Below, one piece after another: positions 1 through 11,830 of a stretch of 64,000 nt of DNA. The position numbers and the translations under genes are program-made. Source of the stretch: Sphagnum compactum (taxonomy: Eukaryota); NCBI GenBank assembly GCA_965153455.1, contig OZ234493.1, positions 12,948,213-13,012,212 of the forward strand, written 5' to 3'. The notes under the pieces were generated by a model that did no database searches, had not been told where the DNA came from, and saw only the letters and a program-made list of their open reading frames with translations. Position 1 is the stretch's first letter. Each line of letters begins with the position of its first letter.

Positions 1-2169
1 GCTAGACATGGTTCCTAAACCATCTTTAAAAACATTTAAAAGACATCTTTAAATCATCAAAATTATGATTTTTTTACTATATTGATTCAAATGTACATTC
101 CTATCTAATGAAACAACAAAAATTATATAACTTGTAAGTTATATTAATCACAAAAATAAATCAAAATTAAGATTCAATATGATTTTGAGGATGGACAATC
201 CTTTTGTGTACTCTAATTGTGAATGCATCTAGCCTTTATCTTAAATAGCACATTAATCTAGGTAGGCCATATGTAATAATCCCCTAGGTTATTTAGATAG
301 CTTTTGAAACAACCCTTAAATATCCCTTAACCTAGGAATTCTTTGTACAATCTTGGGGTAGATCTTATGCAATTTCCTACGTACGGAACCCCTATGTATC
401 CCCTAACCTAGGTAAGCCCTTCGGTAACCCCTAGCTAGTTTTGAGCATGTTTGTGATGCCTTGTTTACATAGGGTCCTAATCTTTGTAGCAAATAACCTA
501 ACTAGTTTATAGTGTAGTTTAAAACAAAACTATGGTGATCGGAGTGAATACAATGAGGACCAATGTGAAAGCTTAGAGTAAGGATTACTTAACCTTGGTT
601 TAGATGGCTGGGTACAGTTTCTAACCAAGCTTGTGCTAACTAATACCCTACCACCTCGGCAACTCCCACACTAATTATATTGTTTTCAGAAATGTTGAAA
701 ATTTTCCCTTGAAAAAATTCAAATAGAAATAGTCTATGAAGACAAAATGTTGAATCTTCAAGAATATTTTATTTGTTGAAATGAAAATTTCAAAAATTGA
801 TTAATTAATTATTCGACAAACATGTGTCAAAGCTGCCAAGGTACCAAAGTAACTATTCCATTGTAGATTTTTCTTTTTATTTTGGGTGCTTCCCGTACAC
901 ATGCAGGAGGACACACTACCTTTTGAGGAATAAATACAAGAGATGCATTACTACCACCCTATGTCATACATATGTCCTCTCCAGCCTCTCTCCCCTTACT
1001 TCATTGCTGAAGTAATAATGTTGTCATCATTCGTAAGCTTTGCTTCTTGCTTATGGCATTGACATGGAGAGAAATTTCCACAAGGAAACCACTTAACTGG
1101 AGTTGTGATGCATGACGCCCTGAGTCGCCATGGTTCCAATTCTTCGGCACGAGTTTTGTGTGCATGGCAACAACAAGGTGACCAATTTCTAAAATCTTGT
1201 TGCCATACAAAATTATATTCAAGTACAAAAAATTTGTTGTTTCTAGAGACAAGATCATTTTTCCATTCTCTTTAGTGTAGCATGAAGCCCTAGGTCGAGG
1301 GCATTACCAAAATAAGGGCACACAAGGTGATAGCCAAGTGCAGGCTCTCGATTTTGGAAATAGCCCTTGACCAAGGGCTTCACCCGACATAAAGACTTGC
1401 CAGAAAATTCAGTGGAGAAACTGAGGCTAAACAGGAGCGGAGCACTATGAAAAAAAACGAAAAAACCTCTCTTTTTATTTCTCTTTGTATTTTGAGGGAT
1501 TTCCCCCAACAGAAGAGCAGAAGATCCCTAGGGAGTTAGGCGGTGCGGGAGATCCTGCTATATTTCTATGTTCTCATGTTCCTATGGAAAGATTTTTTGC
1601 TGGGACGACGGATCAGGAAAATTAAAAAACACGAGGAGGAAAGGGACAGTTCAGGAAAAAAAAAATTTATAAAAACAAGAAGGAAAGAATGGAGGAAAGA
1701 AAAAGAAGAGATTTTTACATACATGGAGGTTCCCATACTCATGTTTTCTCCATCAGTCAGGAACATCCTCATGCAACCCATTCTCCCTGAGGAGAACCCA
1801 CTCATATGGGGACCTCCCAATCAGCGAAGTGCCCTTCCAAAAATGCTGAAAACCAGGCAAACAGGGAGGGGGGCAGGGATATCAACAAGAGTGTTATGAG
1901 TTGGGTATTGGGTTTAGGGTTTAGGGCCCCCTCGGGCTTTACCCTACACTCGTTGTTGTTGGGTAGCTATTGTTAGTTGTGGGAAACTTCTTTCTTCTTC
2001 TTTTTTGCAATGAGCCACTTTGATTGGCCCATATTACCCCCCCCCCCCCCTCCCAAAAAAACAAAAAATAGATAAAAGTTTTCAAACCATCAACACTCTT
2101 ACAAATAGAGTTTGCACTCTCATAATAGAATTGCCCTAGAAGTGCTTCTCTTTGGACAACCCCTAGAGT

Positions 2170-2890
2170 TCAAATTTTGGCAAAGGTTATGGAATTAAAT
2201 TTGGTGTTGTTGGGAACATCAAAATCCACAAAAAAAAAAAAAAAACGAACACATTGAGAACATGGGGAACATGTGGGAAAAACACACCGGGAACACATGT
2301 ACATATCCATTGGGAACTTGATGCCAACACAATTGAGAACTTGGTTGGAACACACGGGGAACATTAAAATCTCCAAAACTTCCTCCCCTCACCTCACTTA
2401 CCCTTGCCTCCCCTCCCCAAAGGAAAAAAAATTGGGCCTCTTGATTGCATACTACCTCATCTCATTGATGTTCTTAAGTGTGTTTGTCACCCATTTTAGT
2501 GTAGGCCTACACAAATACCCCATTGACGAGGGTGGGTACCAGAATTTATTTTTCTCAATGTGTTCATCACTCATTTTTTGCTTACACTATCCTAGCACCT
2601 AGGCTGGTTAGGCACATATTAACTATTTTTTGAAATTGCCAAAAATTCTGAAAAATAAGGGTCATGCAAATTGTGGGGTTGCATCATTGAGAACCATTGG
2701 GAACTTGATGAGAACACACTATGAACACATTGGGAACAAGGTGGAAACACCAAAATCCAAAAGAAATCTCAAAACCAACCCTAGACCCGCCACCCATCCC
2801 GGCCATGAAATTTCTATGCCTAAATTGTTTGTCACCGATTTTTTGGCCTAGACTCATACCCCTTCCTAAGGACGTGAATGGGTGCCCAAC
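2170..2890. repeat. Two degenerate copies of an interspersed repeat rich in GGGAAC(A/T) motifs
   Basis: Both ~2200-2540 and ~2690-2890 contain CATTGGGAACTTGATG and TTTGTCACC(C/G)ATTTT blocks. Related GTTCCCATG motifs occur in reverse orientation near 43830-43920. Confidence 0.5.
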
Positions 2891-4069
2891 ATTTTTTTTT
2901 TGTAATTTTTTTTTGTCGAAAAAACCCCAAACAAATTGTCCACTAACCTCCACAAAGGATTTTTTTTTAATTTATCTTTGCCAAAGTGAAATTTTAAAAC
3001 TCGTATGCCACTACCTTGTTCATTCAAACATTGACAAGTGTCACAAAAAGAGCTAAATCCTAAAGGGAGACATCACCAAATGGCTAAAGGGAAAAGGGGG
3101 AGGTTGTCAAAGTTCACACACATAAAAGAATCATTGGCCTAAAAATTCAACATATAAAATGGTTAAGTCACTACATATTGGTGCAATGATGGCCATTAGA
3201 TTCGCCAATCTTTTTCTAGCATATGGTTGTAATTTGCCATGGTTATATACCTAACAAAGATATGTTGAGAACATGTCACCCATCGCCTAATGCTGAACTC
3301 CAAGTGGTCAAAACTCAAAGAGTTTTGAACTCTAACTTGTTAGGTGTTTACAAAGTGTGTGCATTACACAATGCACTATTCTTTTGTGGCATGGGAATTC
3401 ATGTTTAATTTTGCTCATGAAGCTTCAAGCTACAAACCTAATATTCATTGTATTGAAGTTGTAGACTTGTAGTTACTTGTCATTTGCACATTGGACGTTC
3501 AAGCTTCAAGTAGCAACATTGTAGAACAATCATTTGTGGGGAGGTAGGATTTGTGTTAATGGGGCTATAAACTTGAATTGCAAATGCAATTTTTTGAACT
3601 CTTTGTCTTCATTGTCAACTTTCCCCTTGAGATGATTTCTTTAAATTGAACTTTTGTGAAGTGGCCAATTATCCAAGTTCTTTTTTCATTTCAAGGGCTT
3701 TACATTATTTTCATGCTTTCTTTTGGTTGTTTGGTGTGCAGGCTTGTCTTTCGAGTTTGTTTAACTCTCATTGCTCAATCATCAATTTATTACAAGTTTT
3801 GTGTCTAATTCAATTTTAAATACAATATGTTTTTTGGTTCTCAACTTCCTTCTTCTCCCCTTGAATTTTTTCCTCTTGATTTCATTCCCTTTGAATCTTC
3901 TCATGCACCAAGTATTGTTAATCCTAACATTGTTTCATTAAGCAATATTGTTGTTAGATCTTTTTGTGCACATTCTAATACTATTGATCATGATGTTGCT
4001 TCGTAAAGCAATGTTGTTGTAACAATAACTATTGTGGATTTAAAGCATAACCTTCAACTCCCAAAATCT

Positions 4070-4565
4070 ATGATGAAGAAATACAAATATGAATTTGGTC
4101 AAAAATTTCAAAACATTTGGGCAACATAGTTGCCATGGGCAAAGTTTGTGATGGATGGGGTGGGTTGGTCACCACTAACAAAAGCAAAGTCAATTCCAAA
4201 GTTGAAGGCAAATTATAACCTTTTGATCCCTAAAGTTGATTTTTGTTGAAATATGTAGGGAAGAGGAAAGCTACTTCTAGTATGCCAAGGGTGAAAACTA
4301 GGAAGTTTTATGTGAACAAGAAATGTGCGCATGCAAAAAATGAGGTTATGTTTGCACGAATCCTCCATGATTCTATTCTCTAGCTTGTAATTTACCGAGA
4401 TTTGGCATCTAACAAAACGAAAGTATGTTTTCGATATAACAATTTTTTGCTAGCCCATGTTAAACCTATGATAGATTTTGAAAATATTAGGTTTTTTTTT
4501 CATTTGTTGAAATGAAGCACTACCCAAAAAAACATTTGTGTGACAATGCAAATTGGGGTTTATCA
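4070..4565 (+). pseudogene. N-terminal fragment of a ZNF862-like hAT transposase
   Basis: Broken translation reads KKYKYEFGQKFQNIWAT*LPWAKFV...NLLIPKVD...GKRKATSSMP...FYVNKKCAHAKNE...LLAHVKPMIDFE...KHLCDNANW, with stops and frameshifts. It is cut off near 4565. Confidence 0.5.
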
Positions 4566-4569
4566 AAAG

Positions 4570-7500
4570 AAAAAGACATAAAACTCAAACAAAAAAAATG
4601 AAAAAATGAAAAGAAAATCGTCTCTCAAGTTCTATTTTTCTAAATTTTTAAATTTGTTGCATTTTTTTGCAAGATTTTCATTACTTGCATTTTCCTTATA
4701 CATTTCATTTCAAAATTCCATTACATCTTGTTTTGTAAATGCTTAAAAAGTAATTTGCATCTTCCAAATGCTTGTAAATGTTGGTTTTGATCGATCATAA
4801 AATTGTCTAGTTTTTTTCGTTATTCATTAAGGCAATAATTTTTAATTTCAAACTAAAAATGGAACAATCTTCTGAAAATGAAAATACATATGATGTATTT
4901 ATGAATGAAGTAAGGATGGAAGTTCAACCTTTACAAGAACCTAAAGAAAATGCAAGTGTTCAAACTAAAGGAAGTAGAAATCCATAAAATAATGAAGAAA
5001 AAATGAATTTTTTTTTGAAGAAATTACATGCATGGATTATTTTGGAAACCGAATAACATAAATGCATTGTGTTGGGCATTTTACTATGTTAATGATAACA
5101 AAGAAGTTGACTTAACAACTCTTCAAGTCATGCATTGTATTTTTTGTCACAGTAATTTTGTTTTGAATTTAAATCCAAAAAATCAAACTAAGAGAAGATT
5201 AATCATGTATAACACAATTAATGTTATAACTACATTGAAGAAACGTGGAAATTCAGATCATTGTAATTTTTTTTCTAAATTTGAAGAAATCAATAATCCT
5301 TTGAAAGAAGATGAAAGATAACTTTAAAAAAGACCAAATATGTCTTCTAGTTCCATATTAAAAAAATTGTTGCAAAGGAACCTTTCAAAAAGATGATGTG
5401 TAACAAAAGCAATTTTTGAAAAACCTGGGCCTTTTAATTATTAAAAACCATCCTCCTTTACAGTTTGTGGAAAGTATTTGGTTGAAAAGATTTAATATGC
5501 ATTTGTGTCTAAAAATTGTTTTTCCTTCTAAGAAACAAATATCTCATTAATTATTACCTAGATTAGTGGGAAAACAATTATAAACAATCAAATGTTTTAC
5601 TAGCTTCAACAAAATGTCATTATGCAATTACAAGTTTTGATTTGTGGATGTCAAAAGGTGGACATGATATTTTTACATTGGTGATCAATTTTTTAGGAGT
5701 TGATTGGTAGCCAAAGCACATTATCCTTGGCTAACTAGTGGACAAATTTTGGCCAAAATTTTGACAAAATTATTGGACAAATATGCATTGAGAAGGAAAA
5801 TTATTGCTTATGTCAAGGATGAAAGATTTAATCTAAACATTACGATTGCAACCCTATAATCAATTATAAGTTGTGATGTGTTAGGTTTGGAAAACAAATT
5901 CATGGTATTTGTTTTGGTCACACATTTTTAAAGCATGTCAATATGCAACAATAGATGAAAAAGTTTATAAAGAATTATGATATGTGTCAATCAAAACTAC
6001 CCAAAAAGATTTTTAGAAATGCATAACTTGGCCCCAAAAATCAAGAAAGGGTAAGCAAGAATGAAAAAAGACGCGTGTCAACTCAAGTATTCCCCCAATG
6101 AAATTAAATACTCCAATGAAGATAAGGTACCTTTTTTTTCCTAGATATTTTTGAGTTTAATTTTTTTCAATTCCTATTATGCATAGTTTAACATATTCTT
6201 TTGCTTTTGGAGATTTGCTAGTAAAGTTATCATTTTTTAAAGAATATTTGTAGTTCAAAGAACCAATTATACTATGTTACAACATGCAAAATTATCTAAG
6301 AATGAATGCAAAAGTACCACCTCCATTAACATGGCACATATGTCAAATTATTGTTGATTCTTTTGGCCTTATTATGTTTGCATGTATATTGAACCAATCT
6401 AAGGGTCATTGATTGTTAAATCATGCAATAAACTCTACCATATCCATGAGTTTAAAATTTAAGGATGAAATTGATTATGCAACCTTTGACAACTTAATGA
6501 AAGGAGATGGAAATGTTATTTATGAATTATCATGTTTGGCCTCAAGCATAAAAAAGAAGAAGTTGTTCAGGTTTTGGATTCTTTTATTTCCTTCTTAGAA
6601 AAATATGAAGAAAAAAAAGTCCCATAATATGTTTTTTTTAATGTTGGGTCCTAGGTTTAAGACCTTTCATCTTGTGTCTTCACTTAGTGATCACAAGCAA
6701 GGTAAGGCAATTGTTGAAGAATATGACAAAATCTTTGTTTCTAAATTTTTTAAATGTTATTATCATTTGCATCTTTTGGTTGAATTTGAAAGGGGTATTG
6801 TTAATCAAACAGTTGAAAAGGACAACAATTTGGATATCTTTGAAATGACAACCAACAACAAGTGAGCTCACAACAAAATTGATTAATAAAGAGCTTTTGA
6901 TTTTCAAGCATTATCAAATGGATGTTAAAACCATCAACTGTCCACTATAGTGGTGGGAAAAACATGAAAACATGTTTCCTATAGTTGGCTTTTGTGTTAG
7001 ATAACTCTTGTGGATAGTTGGAACCCAAATGTGATAGAAATAAATTTTTCTTTAGCTAGAATCTTTATTAGTTTTACGAGATGTTATTCACAATCAAAAG
7101 ATTTGGACAAATTGATCTTTGTCAAAAACAATTGGCCCAACGATCCTAAGATAGGTTGTAAATTCCCTTCTAATTTGATACATTTTATTGAGTTTGATAC
7201 TAATTTAGAAAATGAATTATTTAGAAGAGCGATTAGAAGGGTTTAAAGGAGCTTTTGAAAGGAATGAAGTTATGGAGTTGTAAATTTTACATTAAAATTT
7301 TAAAACAAGTTTCCATCTATTTTCAGTCATTTTTAATTTTCAAAATTATTTTAATTAACAAAGCGAGTAAATTATTTATTTATTTATTATTAAATTAAAT
7401 TTTAATTTGTGAAAGATGTAATAACCAGGTTGTGAAAACCGGATTTGAAAATTGACTGTCATTGTATATGCAAGAACCGCCCTATTTGAGAGCCATGTGA

Positions 7501-7649
7501 GTTTGAAAAAATAAATTAAATCCTGATACCCTGGTCAGTTTTCACCAGCCCAAAACAAGTATATTAGAGAACCGATCCGGTTCTCATAACATCGTGTAAG
7601 AACCGAAACCAGCCCATTCTCACAAAAAGTGAGAACCGCTCAACATTTG
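4570..7649 (+). mobile_element. Decayed hAT DNA transposon (BED finger, DDE core, C-terminal dimerisation domain) with AACCG-rich 3' subterminal region and 3' TIR
   Basis: CWAFYYVND...VMHCIFCH (5067-5150); TSFDLWMSKGGHDIFTLVINFL (~5630-5695); probable intron ~6127-6211; PL*WWEKHENMFPIV...IEINFSLA (6940-7060). Ends GAGAACCGCTCAACATTTG at 7631-7649. Many stops. The left boundary is approximate. Confidence 0.75.
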
Positions 7650-7656
7650 TTCAGAC

Positions 7657-7800
7657 CAGTGTTGGGCGGGCGGTTCTTCGAGGCAGCGTCGTCGGTTCTT
7701 TGCAGGTTATCAGACCAGTTACATAAGTACATAACCAGTGGTTCCCATTTCTTGAAACCCCTGCAAATATTGAGGTGCAAGCATTTCTATGGAACTAGCG
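7657..7800 (+). mobile_element. 5' end of a second, related hAT-type element or MITE
   Basis: Starts CAGTGTTGGGCGGGCGGTTCT, which is an imperfect inverse of the TIR ending at 7649, followed by GGTTC-type motifs. Confidence 0.5.
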
Positions 7801-10108
7801 ATTTCTTCTCGAACAAAATTTTTGTTGTTTTTAATTGGAAATTTTAGGATTTTAATTTTTTTAGTGTAAATTTGAAAAAAATTAATTTATAAAAAAAATT
7901 ATCCAATTTTCATATCAAATTTTTTAAGAAAAGATAAAGAAAGAAAGGAAAAAAGAAGAAGAAAAGAGGCCATGTATGGAACATGCACATCCATCATATG
8001 TTACACATTGGGTCAAGTTGAAGCCAATATGTACAACTTGACCCAATGTATACCCCACAGTTTTAAGTAATCCACACATGTCAATTGACCTGCATTTTTA
8101 ACCAAGAAATTGTCTACTAAGCCAAAAATGGCTATTTAAATCTTTCAAATGGATGTTGGATGATTTGGGTCAAGCCCAATGGCCATGTGTACTTTGGGCA
8201 ATTTTTTTTCTTAAATAAATAAATAAACAAACAAATAAATAAATAAATAAATAAGTGCATGCATGCATGCATTAAGCTCCAAGGGTGATGTCGGTTTGGC
8301 CATATAATATGTATTATAATAAGGTTCATCAAATAAGTAAGTGCATGTATATTAGGTTGTCCCAACTTCAAATTGCCCTTGCACACTACCCACAAAGCAC
8401 CAAATTAAAGGAGGATGTTATGGGATTGTGCACATGGGTAAATAAACAAGGGCTTACTTGATTATGAGTTCACCCAAATTGTGTAAGCATTAGGCAAGCT
8501 TCTTCTCGGAGATGTTTTTGTTGTCCTCACATTTCACAATTGCACATTTACAAAATCAAAGTAAAGGCTTCTATTCTTAAAGAACCACCACCATATTTCA
8601 TTTTGACCTGAATTATGAATTATTACTTGAAACTTGAGCACTTTAACTTGATCATTTGTGATAGTAATGTTGTAAGTATCGTATCGTAGTACCTTTGCCA
8701 TTTCGGCAACAAATTAAATTGTTGAATAATTAATCAAATTTGAAATCTTAACTTTGACACTTAGTTTTTTTAATTTTGAAATTTTCAATAGGTAACGAAA
8801 ATAATAAATAGGTCCTTCCTTGTCAATGTTATTGAACAATATAATTTGTCTAGACTTTAGATTATTTCAATTTTAAATCATTGTCATGGAAGGTCTACGA
8901 TTCAAAACTTGACGGTTGATTTTTATTTTTTTTATTAAAACTTTGACACAAATAATAAATAAAATTTAAAAGTTTGAAAAAAAATTTAAAATTATATATG
9001 CTAAAATGATAAAGGTATTAGGATATTATAAACAAACATTGAAAATAGCCAGACTTAAAAATTGTCTTTCTTCCTTTCAAGTGGATGGGAATGCTTGTCC
9101 ACTCCAAAAAAAATAAATAAATAAATTTGTCTTTCAAGGGGTTTTTCTAGATGTGGGGTTTTAGTGAACTTGAAAAATTAAGGATTTTTATTAAGTAGTA
9201 TTGGGAGGGGTAAGGAGGTTTTTTTTCAAGGAGTTCTTTCTTGGGCGGGGTTGGGTGGTTGGGGAAAAAAGGGGGGGTGGGTGGGGGGGGGGGGGGGTAA
9301 TATTCTCTTTTTTTTCTTTTTTTTCCCTTTCCCATAATATGGTGACTTAACAAAGATATTTTCCCAAGAAAATAATTTTGAAAAATCAATGTCATTTTTC
9401 CACACATGGCAAAATTTCAACACAAAAAAATGAATCTCATAATTTTAAGGAAAAAAACCAAAATATTGTTTGAAATCAAACATTGAATACATTTAACTAG
9501 AAATTGAAAAGCGATTCAATTTCAACCTTTTGTGTGACCAAAATTTTCATGCAAGTGACCAAAAAGTTGATGTTACCAAATAAATATATATTTATACCAA
9601 ATAAATATATATATATTGAGGTGAAAATGAAAAGAATGGTTTAAACAATGGGAAAATTTTAGGGTTAAAATGTTGTATTTCAAATATGAGTTGAGACAAT
9701 TGGGGTTCCGGTATACCCATGAGTTGCATAATTAAAATTTGTAGGATACCTTATTCATTATTAGACCATAACTTAGCCACCGAACCATGAATATGATTCC
9801 TTATTGTTAAATTGTAGTCAACCATGTAGTCAAAACTAATTAAAGTTAAAGAACACTAGTAAAAGGTTTAGGTTAAATTTAATGTTTCAATCAGGTTTTT
9901 TTGTCCCATACTAAAGATTATATTGGATGTTTGTTATCCTTCTTTCTAATTAGCATGAACATTGTGTTTAACTTAAACTTTCATTTTGTATTGATGTTTT
10001 TTGCAAGCTCGAATTTTTTCAAGTGTGTTTGTTAATCCCTTTTTGTCTGTTACTTAATTTGTTTGTTGTCAAATTCATTTTGGTAAGTTTTATTTTCTTT
10101 CTTGCACA

Positions 10109-11526
10109 ATGGTTATTGTTTCAATAAAAGAAATTTGATTAGTTATTGCAATGGATGATTTGAATTTATAATTTAATGTTGCATTTGAAGCAAAGGTGTT
10201 CAATAGGTACGACACCTTTGATTGAATTACAAATAGAAGCATGGAAGATTCAAGCTATGCATATTTGCATTATGATTTGTTGAAAATTTCGACATTGAAT
10301 CAAAGTCCAAAAGGGGATTTGAGAAAGGCGACATGCATGTGGTCATCACAATTGAGTTGACAACCATTGTGTCACTAATCATTGTTTTTTAACATGAATT
10401 GATTCCCATGTTTTTCCATTAAAAAATTCAAAAACATTTTTCAAAATTGAAGTTCTCCTACTATTGTCGTCATCATTGTTTGTGTAAGGGGAAGAGGGAA
10501 TAACAAAGGTGAAAAAAAAAAAAATTGTAGATGGAAAAGGTGAATTTGACCAAGATGTTTTTGCTATTGGCAATAATTTCATAATAGAATATGAACAACT
10601 TTTTGAAGCATAAAATGGAGGTTACTATGGTCTTGATCGTGAATGTGGCAATAACATCCAAAGGAGACTAATATTTGGAAACACAACAATACACAATTCT
10701 CACAAAGGTTGTTCATGAGCATATTCAAGTTTGACCCATTTGATTTAGATTATCCATTCTAGCCAAAGAAAAACATTTGATTCAGGCTATCCACTACCCG
10801 ACCTACATTAAGAAAGGTAAATTCCTTTTTTAGAAGGTTGCATAATCCATGAATTTTGCACCATCAAATTTATCATCTATTGTGTCATTTTTCACCAAGT
10901 ATGCAATTTTTGTGCCCAAGTTTTCAAGCTTAAGCCTTTCATCTAGTTTGCAATTTTCCAAAAAATTAGAACATTTCACACAAATTTGACTATTGGTGAA
11001 TATAATTAAAAATAATATGACATTTAAGTTCTTCACTCCAACAATCATTTTCTTCCTTTTTCATCTAACCATTCTAGGAAGAAAATGGTTCTTGGCAAAA
11101 AAATATCCAAGTAAGTTTAAGTTCAACACACAAAACAAAATAAATTTATGAAAAAATAACTATCAAAATGTTGAACATTTGGGTTAAGATTTGTGAAAAG
11201 CAATTATCTACTCTTGAATGATGTGATCAATTATCATGTTTGTTGTGCTTGATTGAGTTCGGTAGTATAGAACCTAGGCTAAATTGATTTCTGGTATATA
11301 AATCAGATTTGGTTATAATAATGACAACATTATGTTGATAACAAAATTTCAATCACATACCTTTTACAAGGTGAAAAAATTTAATCAAGAAATAGAAATC
11401 AATTTGAGTGCTAAAGGGTTGCTTGCTCCTTTGGCAATTAGTTTTAGTGATGATGTCCAATGTAATGTGAAACACGAACTTCATTTTGATGAGTTGAAAT
11501 ATGTTTCTAAACAAAAACCCTGTTAA
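10109..11526 (+). pseudogene. Degenerate RPA1/OB-fold ssDNA-binding-like gene associated with the Helitron-like element
   Basis: Fragments read VENFDIESKSKRGFEKGDMHVVITIELTTIV (OB-fold-like), TIVVIIVCVRG...KKIVDG, and KICEKQL...LSCLLC...EPRL (Zn-ribbon-like, as in RPA1 DBD-C). Many stops and frameshifts. Same strand as, and directly upstream of, the RepHel gene. Confidence 0.4.
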
Positions 11527-11649
11527 ACACTAGGGTTGTTAATTATAGTTCTTGTGCAACCTTTTTATAATTACTTTTAGTATATAAATATTGGACATAT
11601 ATGTGAAATTTCTTATACCATATTTTTTGTGATTTCTTATTTTTTGATG

Positions 11650-11830
11650 TTTGAAGTGATTTTTCAATATAAGCAGTTTTCTAATACAACCAATTTTTCT
11701 ATATAATCAAATTATATATATATATACAAGTAGTTTTTAAGTACAAGTAATTTTTCAATATAAAAAGTTTTTCCATCCACTTAATTTTTGAATCCAATCA
11801 ATTTTTCAATCCAAGTAGTTTTTGTAAAAA
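11650..11830. repeat. Degenerate ~17-bp tandem repeat (consensus near AAGTAGTTTTTCAATAT)
   Basis: About 10 imperfect units, e.g. aagtagtttttaagtac / aagtaatttttcaatat / aatcaatttttcaatcc. Confidence 0.55.

Noticed and set aside
824-1899. ORFs of 63-118 aa near the window start; considered as a Replitron/HUH or RT fragment
   Set aside because: No convincing HUH, YxDD or other motif in any frame.
9685-9735. CCCATGAGTTGCATAATT, similar to motifs at ~22265 and ~22342, as Helentron termini
   Set aside because: The matches are short, direct rather than inverted, and insufficient to define ends from one copy.
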